Shown piece by piece: positions 30,010-40,282 of a DNA stretch of 64,000 nt (its first letter is position 1; every line of letters begins with the position of its first letter). The notes under the pieces were generated by a model. That model worked only from the letters and a program-made list of their open reading frames with translations, was not told the origin of the DNA and made no database searches. The DNA is taken from assembly GCA_963732385.1 (NCBI GenBank), contig CAVSZB010000007.1, forward strand, positions 1,440,001 through 1,504,000. The letters run 5' to 3'. The stretch comes from an uncultured bacterium. GTDB lineage: Bacteria; Krumholzibacteriota; Krumholzibacteriia; LZORAL124-64-63. A program made the position numbers and the translations under genes.

Positions 30010-30043
30010 CCGCGCGCGATCCACGCCTCACCGCAACTCGCCC

Positions 30044-30412
30044 CTACGGCCCGGGCGCCGGCGCCGGGCCGTCGGTCGCGAGCTCCTCCAACAGCGCGTG
30101 CGCCCGCCTCAGGTGCGGGATCACGATCGACCCGCCAACGATCAGCCCCACGTCGAAGACCTCCATCAGTTCCGCCTCCGTGACCCCCTCCTCGAGGCAG
30201 CGAATCACGTGGTAACTGATGCAGTCGTCGCAGCGCAGGACCATCGAGGCGGCCAGGCCGAGCATCTCCTTGGTGCGGGCCGGCAGGGCGCCGTCCTCGT
30301 AGCAACGACCATCGAGATTGAAAAACCGCTTCGTGATCAGGGTGCCGCGCTCGTGGATGCGGGCGTTCATCCGCTCGCGGAAGACGCGGAACTCCTCCTG
30401 ACGCTTGCTCAC
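30044..30412 (-). CDS. Carboxymuconolactone decarboxylase/AhpD-family protein
   Basis: DGAL..RTKEMLGL.AS..LRCDDCI.YH. GTG start overlaps the upstream stop (GTGA). Confidence 0.88.
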   Translation of the reverse strand: MSKRQEEFRVFRERMNARIHERGTLITKRFFNLDGRCYEDGALPARTKEMLGLAASMVLRCDDCISYHVIRCLEEGVTEAELMEVFDVGLIVGGSIVIPHLRRAHALLEELATDGPAPAPGP

Positions 30413-31749
30413 GAAACACCTCCCGGTCGACGACGGATCCGGCGCCAGAGCGCCAGCGACGAGAACGACGCCGCCATGAACAGGCCGAAGGCGAGCCAGA
30501 AGACGGCCCGCAACCCGAACAGCTCGTAGACGACGAAACCGGCGAGCGGCCCGAGCGTGCCGCGGATGCCGACCATCGCCACGTGGATCCCCTGATAGTA
30601 CCCCCCCTGCCCCGGCGGCGCGAACGCCATCGAGCCCACGTTCCAGGCGATGTTCACGCCGGCCATCCCGACCGAGTAGAACGCGAACGCCAGGTAGACC
30701 AGCCGCACCGGCGCCGCCAGGGGCAGCGCTCCGGCGAGGTCGAGCACGACAGGATAGAGCGCCAGGATCGCGAAAGCGACGGCGCAGAGCCGCACGGGAT
30801 GGTAGCGGTCCATCAGCCGGCCCACGGCCGGGCCAAGCAGCGCGACGGCGATCTGCCCGATCAGCACCCGCGCCGTGGAGATCTCGTGGTAGCTCAGCCG
30901 CAGTTGCTCGGTCAGGAAGATCGGCACGATCGGGCTGAGACACATGAAGGCGGCGCCGTAGGTCATGAAGTTGACCTCGAACCAGTTGAAATCGCGATCC
31001 TCGCGGTAGATGCGCATGGCGTCAGCGAACGGTCGCCCCAGGCCGCGCCAGATCCGCCCCGGCGTGAACGGCCCGACCGCCCGCGGCGGCAGCGACAGCA
31101 TGCCGAACAGGCGCGCGCCGCGCGGCTCCGGCGGCGTCCCCTCCGGTTCCGGCGCCCGCGATAACAGATAGAGAAAGACGAAGCCGCACACCCCGAGCAC
31201 CGCGTAGATGATCCGGAACAGATCGGGGTCGCGGTCGAGCATCCGGCCGATCACCAGACTCGCCACCACCGCCACGCCGTTCTGGATCGCCGTGCCGATG
31301 CCGAAGTAGCGCCCCTGCAGCGTCGGCCGGAAGTTGCGCTGGAAGATCGCGTTCTGGGCCGGGTAGACCATCGCCGAGAAGAAATACACCACGGCCAGCA
31401 GGCACGACATCTGCACCGCATCGTGCACGAACAACGCCAGCACCATCACCAGCCGCCCGAGCACCCCGGCCCAGACCAGGTAGGCGCGCCGATGCCCCCG
31501 CGTCGCCAGCAGATGTCCCCAGTACAGCGCCAGGAACATCCCCACGTTGTCGAGCATCACCGAGAGCGTGATCAGACTGCCCGGCGCCCGCAGACTCTTG
31601 GCCAGGACGTACGGGATCAGCAGATAGCCGGCCCACCACAGCCCCTGGAATGCCATGCCGACCAGGAAACGACGCAGCGTGGCGCGCTCCAGCGGGGTGG
31701 GATCGACGCGTCCGGCGAAACTGTCGCGCAGCGGGGCCCACAGATCCAT
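30409..31749 (-). CDS. MFS transporter
   Basis: About 12 TM segments; GRLMDRY motif A-like. Confidence 0.82.
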   Translation of the reverse strand: MDLWAPLRDSFAGRVDPTPLERATLRRFLVGMAFQGLWWAGYLLIPYVLAKSLRAPGSLITLSVMLDNVGMFLALYWGHLLATRGHRRAYLVWAGVLGRLVMVLALFVHDAVQMSCLLAVVYFFSAMVYPAQNAIFQRNFRPTLQGRYFGIGTAIQNGVAVVASLVIGRMLDRDPDLFRIIYAVLGVCGFVFLYLLSRAPEPEGTPPEPRGARLFGMLSLPPRAVGPFTPGRIWRGLGRPFADAMRIYREDRDFNWFEVNFMTYGAAFMCLSPIVPIFLTEQLRLSYHEISTARVLIGQIAVALLGPAVGRLMDRYHPVRLCAVAFAILALYPVVLDLAGALPLAAPVRLVYLAFAFYSVGMAGVNIAWNVGSMAFAPPGQGGYYQGIHVAMVGIRGTLGPLAGFVVYELFGLRAVFWLAFGLFMAASFSSLALWRRIRRRPGGVS

Positions 31750-31889
31750 GTCATCACCCGGCGGGAAGATCAGCGTTCCCGTCACCGGTTGCCAGCGAAA
31801 AGCCGGGCGGGTACCATTGCCGCGCATCAGCCGAATGCGCGCGCGGTCCCAGCCGTGACCGCATCCGCCACATCAGCCCGGGAGTCATT

Positions 31890-32660
31890 GTGCCCCCGTT
31901 CCCAACGCCTGTCGTAACCATCTTCGGCACCTGGGCCGTCTACGCTCTCGTCTGCCTCGTGCTCGCCTGCGCCCAGGCCGTCTACGTGCTGTTCGGCTTC
32001 GGGGCGGGGCTGATCGCGCTCGGGCTGCTGGCGCTCGTGATTCCGTCGGTGCAGGACATCGTCGTCGTGATCCTGGTGACGGCGCTGCCGGCCGAAATCT
32101 TCGTCGCGTGGACGTCGCGGCGGGAAATCGCGTGGCGGCAGGTGGCGCTGATCGGGGCGGGGGTCGTGGCCGGGGTGCCGATCGGGACCTGGATCCTGCA
32201 GGCGGGGCAGGCAAACTTCCTGATCGTGCTGCTCGGGACGTTCCTGATCGCGACCGGCGCGACGTTCCTCGCCCTGCCGACGCACTGGCGGGTGCGCTGG
32301 CCGCGCTGGACGGCGCCGCCAGTCGGACTGCTCGGCGGGGCGCTGTCGGGCATGTTCGGCACGGGCGGCCCCCCCGTGATCATCTGGTATCGTCTGGCCG
32401 GCGTCGAAAAAGCCGCCTTCCGCGGCAACCTGATGGCGATCTGGATGCTGGTCAGCCTGACCCGGCTGCCGTCCTACGGCGTGGCCGGCCTGCTCACCGC
32501 GCCGCGCCTCTGGTCGGGACTCGCCGTGCTGCCGGCGGTGCTGCTGGGCGGCTGGCTCGGGCACCGCATCCACCTCGAGATCTCCGAGCGGACTTTCCAG
32601 CGGGCGGTGGCGGTGGCGCTGGCGATCATCGGGGCGCTGCTGCTGGTGCGCCACGGCTGA
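31890..32660 (+). CDS. TauE/SafE (TSUP) sulfite exporter family
   Basis: FGFGAGL, G.P.G, GMFGTGGPP, FRGNL. Start approximate (GTG after GGGAG). Confidence 0.85.
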   Translation: MPPFPTPVVTIFGTWAVYALVCLVLACAQAVYVLFGFGAGLIALGLLALVIPSVQDIVVVILVTALPAEIFVAWTSRREIAWRQVALIGAGVVAGVPIGTWILQAGQANFLIVLLGTFLIATGATFLALPTHWRVRWPRWTAPPVGLLGGALSGMFGTGGPPVIIWYRLAGVEKAAFRGNLMAIWMLVSLTRLPSYGVAGLLTAPRLWSGLAVLPAVLLGGWLGHRIHLEISERTFQRAVAVALAIIGALLLVRHG

Positions 32661-32758
32661 GCCGTGGTATTGTCCATCGTCGCACGCACTGCCGCGGGGG
32701 GCCGGTGCGCGCCGCGCGAGACGGGCGCCCCCACGCGGCTTCCGGGAAAGGACAATCC

Positions 32759-33349
32759 ATGAAGCGTTCCCGCATCACCCTGCTCGCCTGCGTCGTTGCC
32801 GTGATCGCCCTGCCCGCCGTCGGTGCCGCCGCCTGGCCGCACGAGCGGCAGGGGGTCATGCTCGGATTCAACGCCGGCGCAGGAAGCGCCGAGCTTCAGT
32901 TCGAGAGCAGCGACGGCACCACCGTCAGCGGCGATCGCGAGGCAGGCGGCGCCTTCGGCCTGCGCGCCGGCTATGCGTTCAACGACCGCCTGGCGCTCGG
33001 GCTGGAGGGCACGGGCTGGAGCCGCACCTTCGAGAACGGCTCCGGCCTCGACGCCACCTGGACCTTCACCGTCTCCACTATCGCCCTCACCTGGTACCCC
33101 GGCGGCGGCGGCTTTTTGCTGCGCGGCGGGCTCGGCTGGGGACGGGCCGAGGTGAAGACGGACCTGGGCGACGTGGAGATCACCAACCACGACACCGGCG
33201 GCGCCGCGCTGATCGGCCTCGGCTACGAGTGGCGCCTCGGCCGTCGTTTCGCGCTCGGCCCCGCCGTCGACTTCGGCGGCATGGATCTGGGCGAGGGGTG
33301 GAAGGCGAACATCGCCAACGTGACCGTCGGCCTGACCTGGTACCTGTAG
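32759..33349 (+). CDS. Outer-membrane beta-barrel protein (8-strand OmpA/W-like)
   Basis: Signal peptide; alternating Gly/aromatic strands (GLRAGY, GLGYEW); ends VGLTWYL; RBS AAAGGA. Confidence 0.78.
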   Translation: MKRSRITLLACVVAVIALPAVGAAAWPHERQGVMLGFNAGAGSAELQFESSDGTTVSGDREAGGAFGLRAGYAFNDRLALGLEGTGWSRTFENGSGLDATWTFTVSTIALTWYPGGGGFLLRGGLGWGRAEVKTDLGDVEITNHDTGGAALIGLGYEWRLGRRFALGPAVDFGGMDLGEGWKANIANVTVGLTWYL

Positions 33350-33410
33350 ACGCGGCACTGCTCCGGAAACCGTACTGCCGGGCCGTGAGACTCGGGGAAG
33401 AGGGAAGATC

Positions 33411-34520
33411 ATGATGATGCGGCGGCTGTCTCCGCTGGCGCTGGTCGCCCTGCTGTCACTGTGGACCGCCGCGGCGGCTCAATCGCCTTCCGCCGCCCCG
33501 GCCGATCCGGCGACCCTCGCCGCGCGGGTGGAAAAACTTGACGGGGCGATGCAGGCGCTCAACCACCGGCTCGACGAGCTGATGAAGAGCGTCGACGACA
33601 ACCTCTGGTTCGACCGCGTCGGCGACGTGGCGATCGTCGAGAAGGCGCGCATCACCGGGCCACCGCCGTGGAAGGAGGAGAACCCCACGGCGATCGGCGC
33701 CGGCAATCCGGTCAAGTTCTACACCTATGTCTTCCTGCCGCGGACCCTGCCCAAAAGCGGCAGGTGCCCGCTCATCGTCCTGCCGCACGGCGGCGTGCAC
33801 GCCGACTTCACCACCTACCACACGCACATCGTGCGGGAGCTGGTGGCGCAGGGGTACGTGGTGGTGGCGCCGGAGTACCGGGGCAGCACCGGCTACGGGC
33901 AGGGCTTCTACGAGCGGATCGACTACGGCGGCCTCGAGGCCGAAGACTGCCACGCGGCACGGCAGTGGGCGATCGACACCTACCCCTGCGTGGACGGCTC
34001 GCGCACGGCGATCGTCGGCTGGAGCCATGGCGGCCTGATCGCCCTGATGACCGTCTTCGCCCACCCCGACGACTACCGCTGCGCGTTCGCCGGCGTGCCG
34101 GTGAGCGACCTCGTGCAGCGCCTCGGCTACTGGGGCGAGGAGTACGCCGCCGACTTCTCGGCGCCGTACCACATCGGCCAGACCGTCGCCGAAAACCTGC
34201 CGGAGTACAAGCGGCGTTCCCCGGTCTGGAATGTCGACAAGCTGAAGACTCCGCTGCTGATCCACGGCAACACCAACGACGAGGACGTCAACGTGATCGA
34301 GGTGGAGCACCTCATCCAGGCGCTGAAGGCGGCCGGCAAGGAATTCGAATCCGAGATCTACCAGGACGTCCCGGGCGGGCACAGCTTCGACCGGCTCGAC
34401 ACGCCCCGGGCGCTGGAAATCCGCGTGAAGATCTACGGCTTCCTGGCGCGCCACCTCGACCCGCCGTCGCCATTGCGCTCCGTGGCGGAGGTGCGCCGCG
34501 CGGCGTTCCGGCAGCCATGA
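33411..34520 (+). CDS. S9 prolyl-oligopeptidase-family serine hydrolase (secreted, no propeller)
   Basis: PHGG, YRGSTGYG, GWSHGG nucleophile elbow, D/H (NDEDV, GGHSF). Confidence 0.88.
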   Translation: MMMRRLSPLALVALLSLWTAAAAQSPSAAPADPATLAARVEKLDGAMQALNHRLDELMKSVDDNLWFDRVGDVAIVEKARITGPPPWKEENPTAIGAGNPVKFYTYVFLPRTLPKSGRCPLIVLPHGGVHADFTTYHTHIVRELVAQGYVVVAPEYRGSTGYGQGFYERIDYGGLEAEDCHAARQWAIDTYPCVDGSRTAIVGWSHGGLIALMTVFAHPDDYRCAFAGVPVSDLVQRLGYWGEEYAADFSAPYHIGQTVAENLPEYKRRSPVWNVDKLKTPLLIHGNTNDEDVNVIEVEHLIQALKAAGKEFESEIYQDVPGGHSFDRLDTPRALEIRVKIYGFLARHLDPPSPLRSVAEVRRAAFRQP

Positions 34521-35623
34521 GCGCGCGCACGGACAGCGCGCGGCGGGCCGTCCCGCTCCTGCTGCTGCTGGGACTGCTGGCCGGTTGTGACGCCGCGCCA
34601 CGCGACCGCTCCGCAGTGGCCGGAGACAGCCCGTACCAGCCCGCCACCTGGATCGGCGGCGAGGCGGCCGCCGGGCCCCTCGCGGTCACGCACGGCGGCG
34701 TCGGTTCGCCTCCGGAGTGGTCGGTCGACTGCCAGCGCGCCGCCGGTCTGGCCCTGGACGCCCTCACGCAGGGCGGCAGCGCCCTCGACGCCGCCGTCGT
34801 CGGCACGCTGATCCTCGAGGAGAACCCCCGCTTCAACGCCGGCACCGGCGCCAACATCCGGCTCGACGGCCGCTCCATCCAGATGGACGCCGCCGTCATG
34901 ACGAGCGAGGGACTTTTCGGCGCGGTGGCGGTGATCGAACGGGTGCGCAACCCGGTGCTGGTCGCGCGGGCCCTGCTCGACACGCCGCACCTGCTGCTGG
35001 CGGGCGAGGGAGCCACGCGCTTCGCCCACGCCGCCGGTTTCGCCGACGAACTGCCGAACTGCCCCGAGGCCGAGGCGAAGTACCGGCAGCGCATCGCCAC
35101 GCTGCTCGGCGGCAGGGCGGGCGAAGGCTTCGCGGACTTCGACTGGCGCCGCTACTGGAACTACCCCGATCCGCTCCCTCCGGAGCTGGCGGCGCCGGCC
35201 GCCGGCGAAAGCCCCCGTCCTGCCGATCCGGGGCCACACGACACCGTCGGCACCGTCGCGCGCGACGCCGACGGCCGCTTCGCCGCCACCCTCTCCACCG
35301 GCGGCACCTCGCTGACGCTCTACGGCCGGGTCGGAGACGTGCCGATCTACGGCGCCGGCTGCTACGCCGGCCCGGCAGGCGCGGTGGCCTGCACCGGTTT
35401 CGGCGAGGAGATCATCCGCCAGGCGATGGCCCGCACCGTCTACGACCTGCTGGCGGCCGGCGTGCCGGCGCGCGAGGCGGTCCGCCGCGGCTGCGCCCGC
35501 TTCCCCGCCGACGCCGCGCTCGGCCTCATCGCCGTCAACGCCCGCGGCTGGGGCGTCGCGGCCAACCGGTCGATGGCGTGCGGGCAGGCAGCAGCGACTG
35601 CGTCCTCCAATTCCGCGCGCTGA
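34517..35623 (+). CDS. Isoaspartyl peptidase/L-asparaginase (Ntn hydrolase), lipoprotein
   Basis: ATGA overlap with the upstream gene; lipobox LLAGC; HGG.G, FNAG.G, MDAA, D|TVG autocleavage site, GRVGD, TG.GE. Confidence 0.9.
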   Translation: MSARTDSARRAVPLLLLLGLLAGCDAAPRDRSAVAGDSPYQPATWIGGEAAAGPLAVTHGGVGSPPEWSVDCQRAAGLALDALTQGGSALDAAVVGTLILEENPRFNAGTGANIRLDGRSIQMDAAVMTSEGLFGAVAVIERVRNPVLVARALLDTPHLLLAGEGATRFAHAAGFADELPNCPEAEAKYRQRIATLLGGRAGEGFADFDWRRYWNYPDPLPPELAAPAAGESPRPADPGPHDTVGTVARDADGRFAATLSTGGTSLTLYGRVGDVPIYGAGCYAGPAGAVACTGFGEEIIRQAMARTVYDLLAAGVPAREAVRRGCARFPADAALGLIAVNARGWGVAANRSMACGQAAATASSNSAR

Positions 35624-35723
35624 AACCCCCGCAACGCAGCCACGCCCGTGGGTGGGGACGCGTCCCCCTTTGCCCGTGAGTCCACCTCGTTTTCTGGCCT
35701 CGAATTTGTAGGGTATACTCTTG

Positions 35724-35745
35724 CGGATAATTAAGATATTATCTG
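35724..35745. promoter_or_regulatory. AT-rich palindromic operator GATAAT-N6-ATTATC
   Basis: Inverted repeat just downstream of TATACT (35714-35719), in an AT-rich intergenic patch. Confidence 0.5.
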
Positions 35746-35773
35746 TCGCCATTACGCCGCAAGGGGTCGACAC

Positions 35774-37054
35774 GTGTCCAATAGACACAACGTATTGCTG
35801 GCAAACATCATAACTCTGCTCGCCCTGGCCGGATGCGGCGCGGGCGACGATCCCACGGCCCTCGCTCCTCCGGGCCATACGCCGCAGGATGCAATGCAGT
35901 CGCCCCGGATGGCCATCGTCGACTTCCGGACCGGGAATCTCGACACCCCGGAGGCGGCCGAACGCTATGCGCGCGCGGATCTCGTCGTGCTCGAGAGCAC
36001 CTACCTCTGGGCGCGGCCGCAGAACGCCGGCTTCGTGGCCAGCGTCAAGGCGCTCAGCCCCGATACCAGGGTGCTCGGTTATGTGCTGGGCAAAAGCTCC
36101 TGGACGACCTGGGGCGACGAGCCCGACAGCGATCCGACCGCCAACCCCTACGGCTGGGACTGGTACCAGGCCACGCGACCCTACTGGTGCTGGACCACGA
36201 CCGGCGACACGCTGATGGACTGGCCGCTGCAGGTGGTGCTCGACATCACCAACCCGGCCTGCCGGCGGGCGATGATCGGAGTGCTCCTGAAGTGGCGCCG
36301 CGAGGGGGAGAATCCGGTGGATGGCTTCTTCTGGGACTACTTCTCCACTTCACTCTGGATCGCCCCCGCCGTCGACGCGACCATGGACGGCGAGCCTGAC
36401 CTCGACGGCGACGGGATCGGGCACTTCGAAGACGCCGATGAGCGGCAGGCCTTTCGCGACGCGCAGACGGCGCTGGTCCTGGAAACCCGCGCCGCGTTCG
36501 GCAACGATTTCATCCAGATCTTCAACGGCGGGCGCGCGGCCGGGGATTCGAGCTTCGCGGCGCTCGGCGACGGCATGTTCTACGAACTGTTCCCCACCGT
36601 CGGCTTCTGGGGCGGGCCGAGGATGGCGCTGGCGCTCGACCCCGCGCGCCCCAACAACCTCTACGCCGCGCGCGGCTGGCCGCGCACGCGTAACGGCGGA
36701 CCGTGGCTGATCCTCTCCAACCCGACGCCGGTGAGCTGGTGGGGTCCGGACGGGCAACTGGTCGTGTTCAACCTGGGCGATCTCAACCGCGTCGTGGCGC
36801 TGCTGACCGGAGCCACCGCCTGCTTCCACGAACCGCCCTCTGTGCGGTACGGCTGGCCCGCGTACGAACCGGCCCTGGGCGCTTCGCTCGGCGGGGTCGT
36901 CTGCAGCGGCGACACGCTCACCCGCGATTTCGCGGGCGGACGGGTGAAGCTCATCATGCGCAGCGGGGACGGCGCGCTGCCGTTCGATTACGAGATCACC
37001 GAGGGTGACTCCGTGGTGCAGGCGTTGCGCTTTCCGGAGTACCTCTCCCGCTGA
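35774..37054 (+). CDS. Lipoprotein, putative TIM-barrel glycoside hydrolase (GHL15-like)
   Basis: Lipobox LALAGC; 'VKALSPD.RVLGY', 'DITNP.CR', 'DGFFWD', 'IFNG', 'GMFYE', 'RDF.GG.V'. Confidence 0.65.
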   Translation: MSNRHNVLLANIITLLALAGCGAGDDPTALAPPGHTPQDAMQSPRMAIVDFRTGNLDTPEAAERYARADLVVLESTYLWARPQNAGFVASVKALSPDTRVLGYVLGKSSWTTWGDEPDSDPTANPYGWDWYQATRPYWCWTTTGDTLMDWPLQVVLDITNPACRRAMIGVLLKWRREGENPVDGFFWDYFSTSLWIAPAVDATMDGEPDLDGDGIGHFEDADERQAFRDAQTALVLETRAAFGNDFIQIFNGGRAAGDSSFAALGDGMFYELFPTVGFWGGPRMALALDPARPNNLYAARGWPRTRNGGPWLILSNPTPVSWWGPDGQLVVFNLGDLNRVVALLTGATACFHEPPSVRYGWPAYEPALGASLGGVVCSGDTLTRDFAGGRVKLIMRSGDGALPFDYEITEGDSVVQALRFPEYLSR

Positions 37055-37057
37055 TGA

Positions 37058-37702
37058 TCAGTGCCCCTCAACCCGGAACAGCTTCTCCCCCACGCGCACC
37101 GGCAGCGGCAGGCGGTTCTCCTTGGGCGGCAGGGTGCAGTTGTACCGATCGGGGTTGTAGTCGCAGAGCGGGTTGTAGGCGTAGTTGAAATCCAGGACGA
37201 GGGACTTGCCGTCCGCCTCCGGCTTCAGATCGAGGTAGCGTCCGCCGGCGTAGGTCTCCTGGCCGCTCGTTTCATCGAAGAACGGCAGCCAGTACCCCTC
37301 GTCCGGCCCCGCGCCGGGTGACGAGTAGACCCCCAGGGTGATCGTCCGCCCACCGGTCCGGAACGACACCTTTCCCGCCTTCACATACGGCAGCTGGTTG
37401 CCCTTGCGCTTGACCAGCATGACCGTGTCGGGCCGGGCCTCGCGCACGAACGGCACGCGGAAGCGGTACGCGGGATCCGGGTCGTAGTAGTTCAGCCCCT
37501 CGAAACCGGCGCGATCGTCCGGCCGCAGCGGCGTCTGGGTCGAGTCCATGAAGGCCTCGTTCTTGTCGATGCGCATCTCGACCAGCGCGATCTGCCAGTT
37601 CTCCAGCTCGAGATCGTTCATCGTGACGGGGCCGGGCGCCTCGTTCGCCGTGCCGCAGCCCGCCGCCAGACAGAGGAGCATCAGGGCCAGTCTCGTTTTC
37701 AT
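37058..37702 (-). CDS. DUF1684 family lipoprotein
   Basis: Lipobox AAGC; F.D.TSG.ETY.GGRYL; LDFNYAYNP.C.YN...CT.PP.EN.L...V..GEK. Confidence 0.9.
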   Translation of the reverse strand: MKTRLALMLLCLAAGCGTANEAPGPVTMNDLELENWQIALVEMRIDKNEAFMDSTQTPLRPDDRAGFEGLNYYDPDPAYRFRVPFVREARPDTVMLVKRKGNQLPYVKAGKVSFRTGGRTITLGVYSSPGAGPDEGYWLPFFDETSGQETYAGGRYLDLKPEADGKSLVLDFNYAYNPLCDYNPDRYNCTLPPKENRLPLPVRVGEKLFRVEGH

Positions 37703-37805
37703 CGTATCCCGGTCCTCGCTGTCGTTCCGATGCCTGTCGCCGACTCCCGCCGCACCGCGGGGCCGCCCCGGGGGGGACGGCGCCCGCGGCGATGCGGCGG
37801 CACTA

Positions 37806-39593
37806 CTAGATGGGCCGCGTCGCGGACTTCAGCCACGCGCGGTGCTCGGGGTCAAGATGCGACCGCAGTTCACGATACACGCGGGCGTGGTAGGCGTTCA
37901 GCCAGGCGCGCTCGCGCGGTATGAGCAGCTTGCGATCGACCAGCCGCCGGTCGATCGGACAGAGCGTGACCACGTCCCAGCGGTACCAGTCCCCCTCGGA
38001 GCCGCTCAGCTTCTCGTCGCGCGCCACGAAGGCCAGATTCTCGATGCGGATGCCCCAGCCGCCAGCCTTGTAGTAGCCCGGCTCGATCGACAGCAGCTGG
38101 CCGGGGCGCAGCGGCACGTTCCGCACGTCCTTGGGCGTGAGGCCCATCGGCCCCTCGTGCACGCTCAGGTAGTGCCCGACGCCATGGCCGGTGCCGTGCC
38201 CGTAGTTGAGTCCCGCCTCCCAGAGCGGCTGCCGCGCCAGCACTTCGAGGCGCTGGCCGGAGGTGCCGGCCGGGAACTTCGCCGCGGCGACCGCGATGTG
38301 CCCGCGCAGCACGCGGGTGAAGGCGTCCTTCTGGCGCGGGGTCGGAGCGCCCAGGGTGAGGGTGCGCGTGATGTCCGTGGTGCCGTCGAGGTAGAGACCG
38401 CCGGAGTCGATCAGGTAGATCCCCCGCGGACGCAGCCGCGCATTGCTCTTGCGGTCCGCGGCATAGTGGACGATGGCGCCGTGCGCCCCGTAGGCGCTGA
38501 TGGTGTTGAAGCTCAGCCCCTGGAAATAGCGACCCTCGGCGCGGAACGCCTCGAGACGGTCGGCGGCCGACAGCTCGGTCACGTCGCCGCCACGCACGGC
38601 CGGTTCGAGCCACTTCAGGAACTTCACCATCGCCACGCCGTCGCGCACGTGGGCCGCCGCGACGCCGCGGATCTGGACCGGGTTCTTGACCGCCTTGAGC
38701 GCGGTCACCGGAGAGGGGCCGCGCACGATCTGCTCCGCGCGGAGCTGGTCCGCCACCCAGGCGTTGGTGGTGGCGGGGTCGAGCAGGACCGGTACCCGCG
38801 CGGCCCGCAGCTCGCGCAACGTGGCGGGCAGTTTCGTGTACGGCAGGATCTTCACGTCGCGCCGCAGCGACTTCGCCAGCTCCGGCGTGATCTTGAGGGG
38901 GTCGATGAAGAGGCGCGCCTCACGTTCCATGACGACGGCGTACGCGATCACCACCGGATTGAAGTCGACGTCCGCGCCGCGCACGTTGAACAGCCAGGCG
39001 ATCGTGTCGAGGGCCGCCAGCACGTGAGCGCGCGCGCCGGCCGCCCGCGTGGCCTCGCGCACCTGGCGCAATTTTTCGCGCGCCGTCGCGCCGGCGTGGC
39101 GCGGACTGTGCAGCCGCACCGGATCGAGTCGCGCCGCCGGCCGGTCGGGCCAGATTTCGTCCACGAGGTTGGCTGCGAGCGGACGCACGGTGAGGCCCGC
39201 CTCGGCCAGTTCCGCCACGAAGGTCTCCGCCTCCTGCACCGACAGCAGCTGCGGATCGACCCCCAGGGTCTGACCCGGTTTCAACTGCCGGGCGATCCAC
39301 CCGGGGATGGACGGCGTGCCGGGCATGGCGAGCTTCATCAGCGTGATGCCCGAGCCCCGCAACTGCAGTTCGGCCTGCAGGAAGTAGCGCGAGTCGGTCC
39401 AAAGCGCGGCCTGGCGCGCGGTCACCACCACGTCGCCGGCCGAGCCGGTGAATCCGCTCAGCCACCCGCGACGCTGCCACAGGGCCGGCACATATTCGCT
39501 CTGGTGAGGATCCGTGCCGGGGACGAAGAAGGCGTCGACTTTGTTGTTGCGCATCAACGCGCGCAGCGCCGCAAGCTTCTGCCGGGTATCCAT
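37806..39593 (-). CDS. Xaa-Pro aminopeptidase (M24B)
   Basis: DPHQSEY, FTGSAG, DSG..Y.DGTTD.TRT, HGTGHGVG.YL.VHEGP, EPGYY, GIRIEN. Confidence 0.93.
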   Translation of the reverse strand: MDTRQKLAALRALMRNNKVDAFFVPGTDPHQSEYVPALWQRRGWLSGFTGSAGDVVVTARQAALWTDSRYFLQAELQLRGSGITLMKLAMPGTPSIPGWIARQLKPGQTLGVDPQLLSVQEAETFVAELAEAGLTVRPLAANLVDEIWPDRPAARLDPVRLHSPRHAGATAREKLRQVREATRAAGARAHVLAALDTIAWLFNVRGADVDFNPVVIAYAVVMEREARLFIDPLKITPELAKSLRRDVKILPYTKLPATLRELRAARVPVLLDPATTNAWVADQLRAEQIVRGPSPVTALKAVKNPVQIRGVAAAHVRDGVAMVKFLKWLEPAVRGGDVTELSAADRLEAFRAEGRYFQGLSFNTISAYGAHGAIVHYAADRKSNARLRPRGIYLIDSGGLYLDGTTDITRTLTLGAPTPRQKDAFTRVLRGHIAVAAAKFPAGTSGQRLEVLARQPLWEAGLNYGHGTGHGVGHYLSVHEGPMGLTPKDVRNVPLRPGQLLSIEPGYYKAGGWGIRIENLAFVARDEKLSGSEGDWYRWDVVTLCPIDRRLVDRKLLIPRERAWLNAYHARVYRELRSHLDPEHRAWLKSATRPI

Positions 39594-39613
39594 GCCTCTC
39601 CTTTCGGGGGAAT

Positions 39614-40282
39614 TCAATGCCAGTCGCCCTGCCCGGGCGCGCCTGGTTCGCCGAGATCCGCGTCGGCGGGCGTCACGATGTCAGCGGCGTCGCCCTCGAG
39701 CGTGCCGACGGGGGTTTCGATGATGCGCCCGAGCTCCTCGCCGTCGGCGCGGAAGATGAACGTCGGCACGAGCGTCACGCCCCAGACGGCCCGGATGTCG
39801 CGCGGGGCGCCGACCGCCTCCGACTTCGCCAGCGCCGCCGCATCGTCCTTGCGACCGACGGCGAACATGCGCAGCCGCAGGTTCGGGTTGGCGGCGCTCG
39901 CCAATAGTTTCCAGAAACGGGGCACCTCGCGGCGCGAATCCCCGCACCAGGTGCCCAGCACGCAGACCACGTCCACGGGACGCGACACTGCGGCCAGCCG
40001 CGCCACCGCCCCCGGTTCCGGCACATAGGCCGCGGCAGAGTCGTTCCAGGCGGGGAAACCGGCGACAATATCCTCGCGGGCGACCTCGCCGACCAGATAC
40101 GGACCCTTCTCCCCCTCCACGACTCCGAAGGTCGGCGCGGCCGCGACAGCCACGGGGGCCGGGACGGCCGGCGCGCCGGCAGGATCCGCGGCGTCGGCGC
40201 GGGTTGTCGCGAACATGCCGACGCCGGCGATCCACACCACCGCCGTAACGGCGCGCAAACCTGAAAGGTGACGCTGGAACAT
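39614..40282 (-). CDS. Exported thioredoxin-family protein (CxxS)
   Basis: Signal peptide; GTWCGDS; VPTFI; ELGRIIE.P. Confidence 0.85.
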   Translation of the reverse strand: MFQRHLSGLRAVTAVVWIAGVGMFATTRADAADPAGAPAVPAPVAVAAAPTFGVVEGEKGPYLVGEVAREDIVAGFPAWNDSAAAYVPEPGAVARLAAVSRPVDVVCVLGTWCGDSRREVPRFWKLLASAANPNLRLRMFAVGRKDDAAALAKSEAVGAPRDIRAVWGVTLVPTFIFRADGEELGRIIETPVGTLEGDAADIVTPADADLGEPGAPGQGDWH

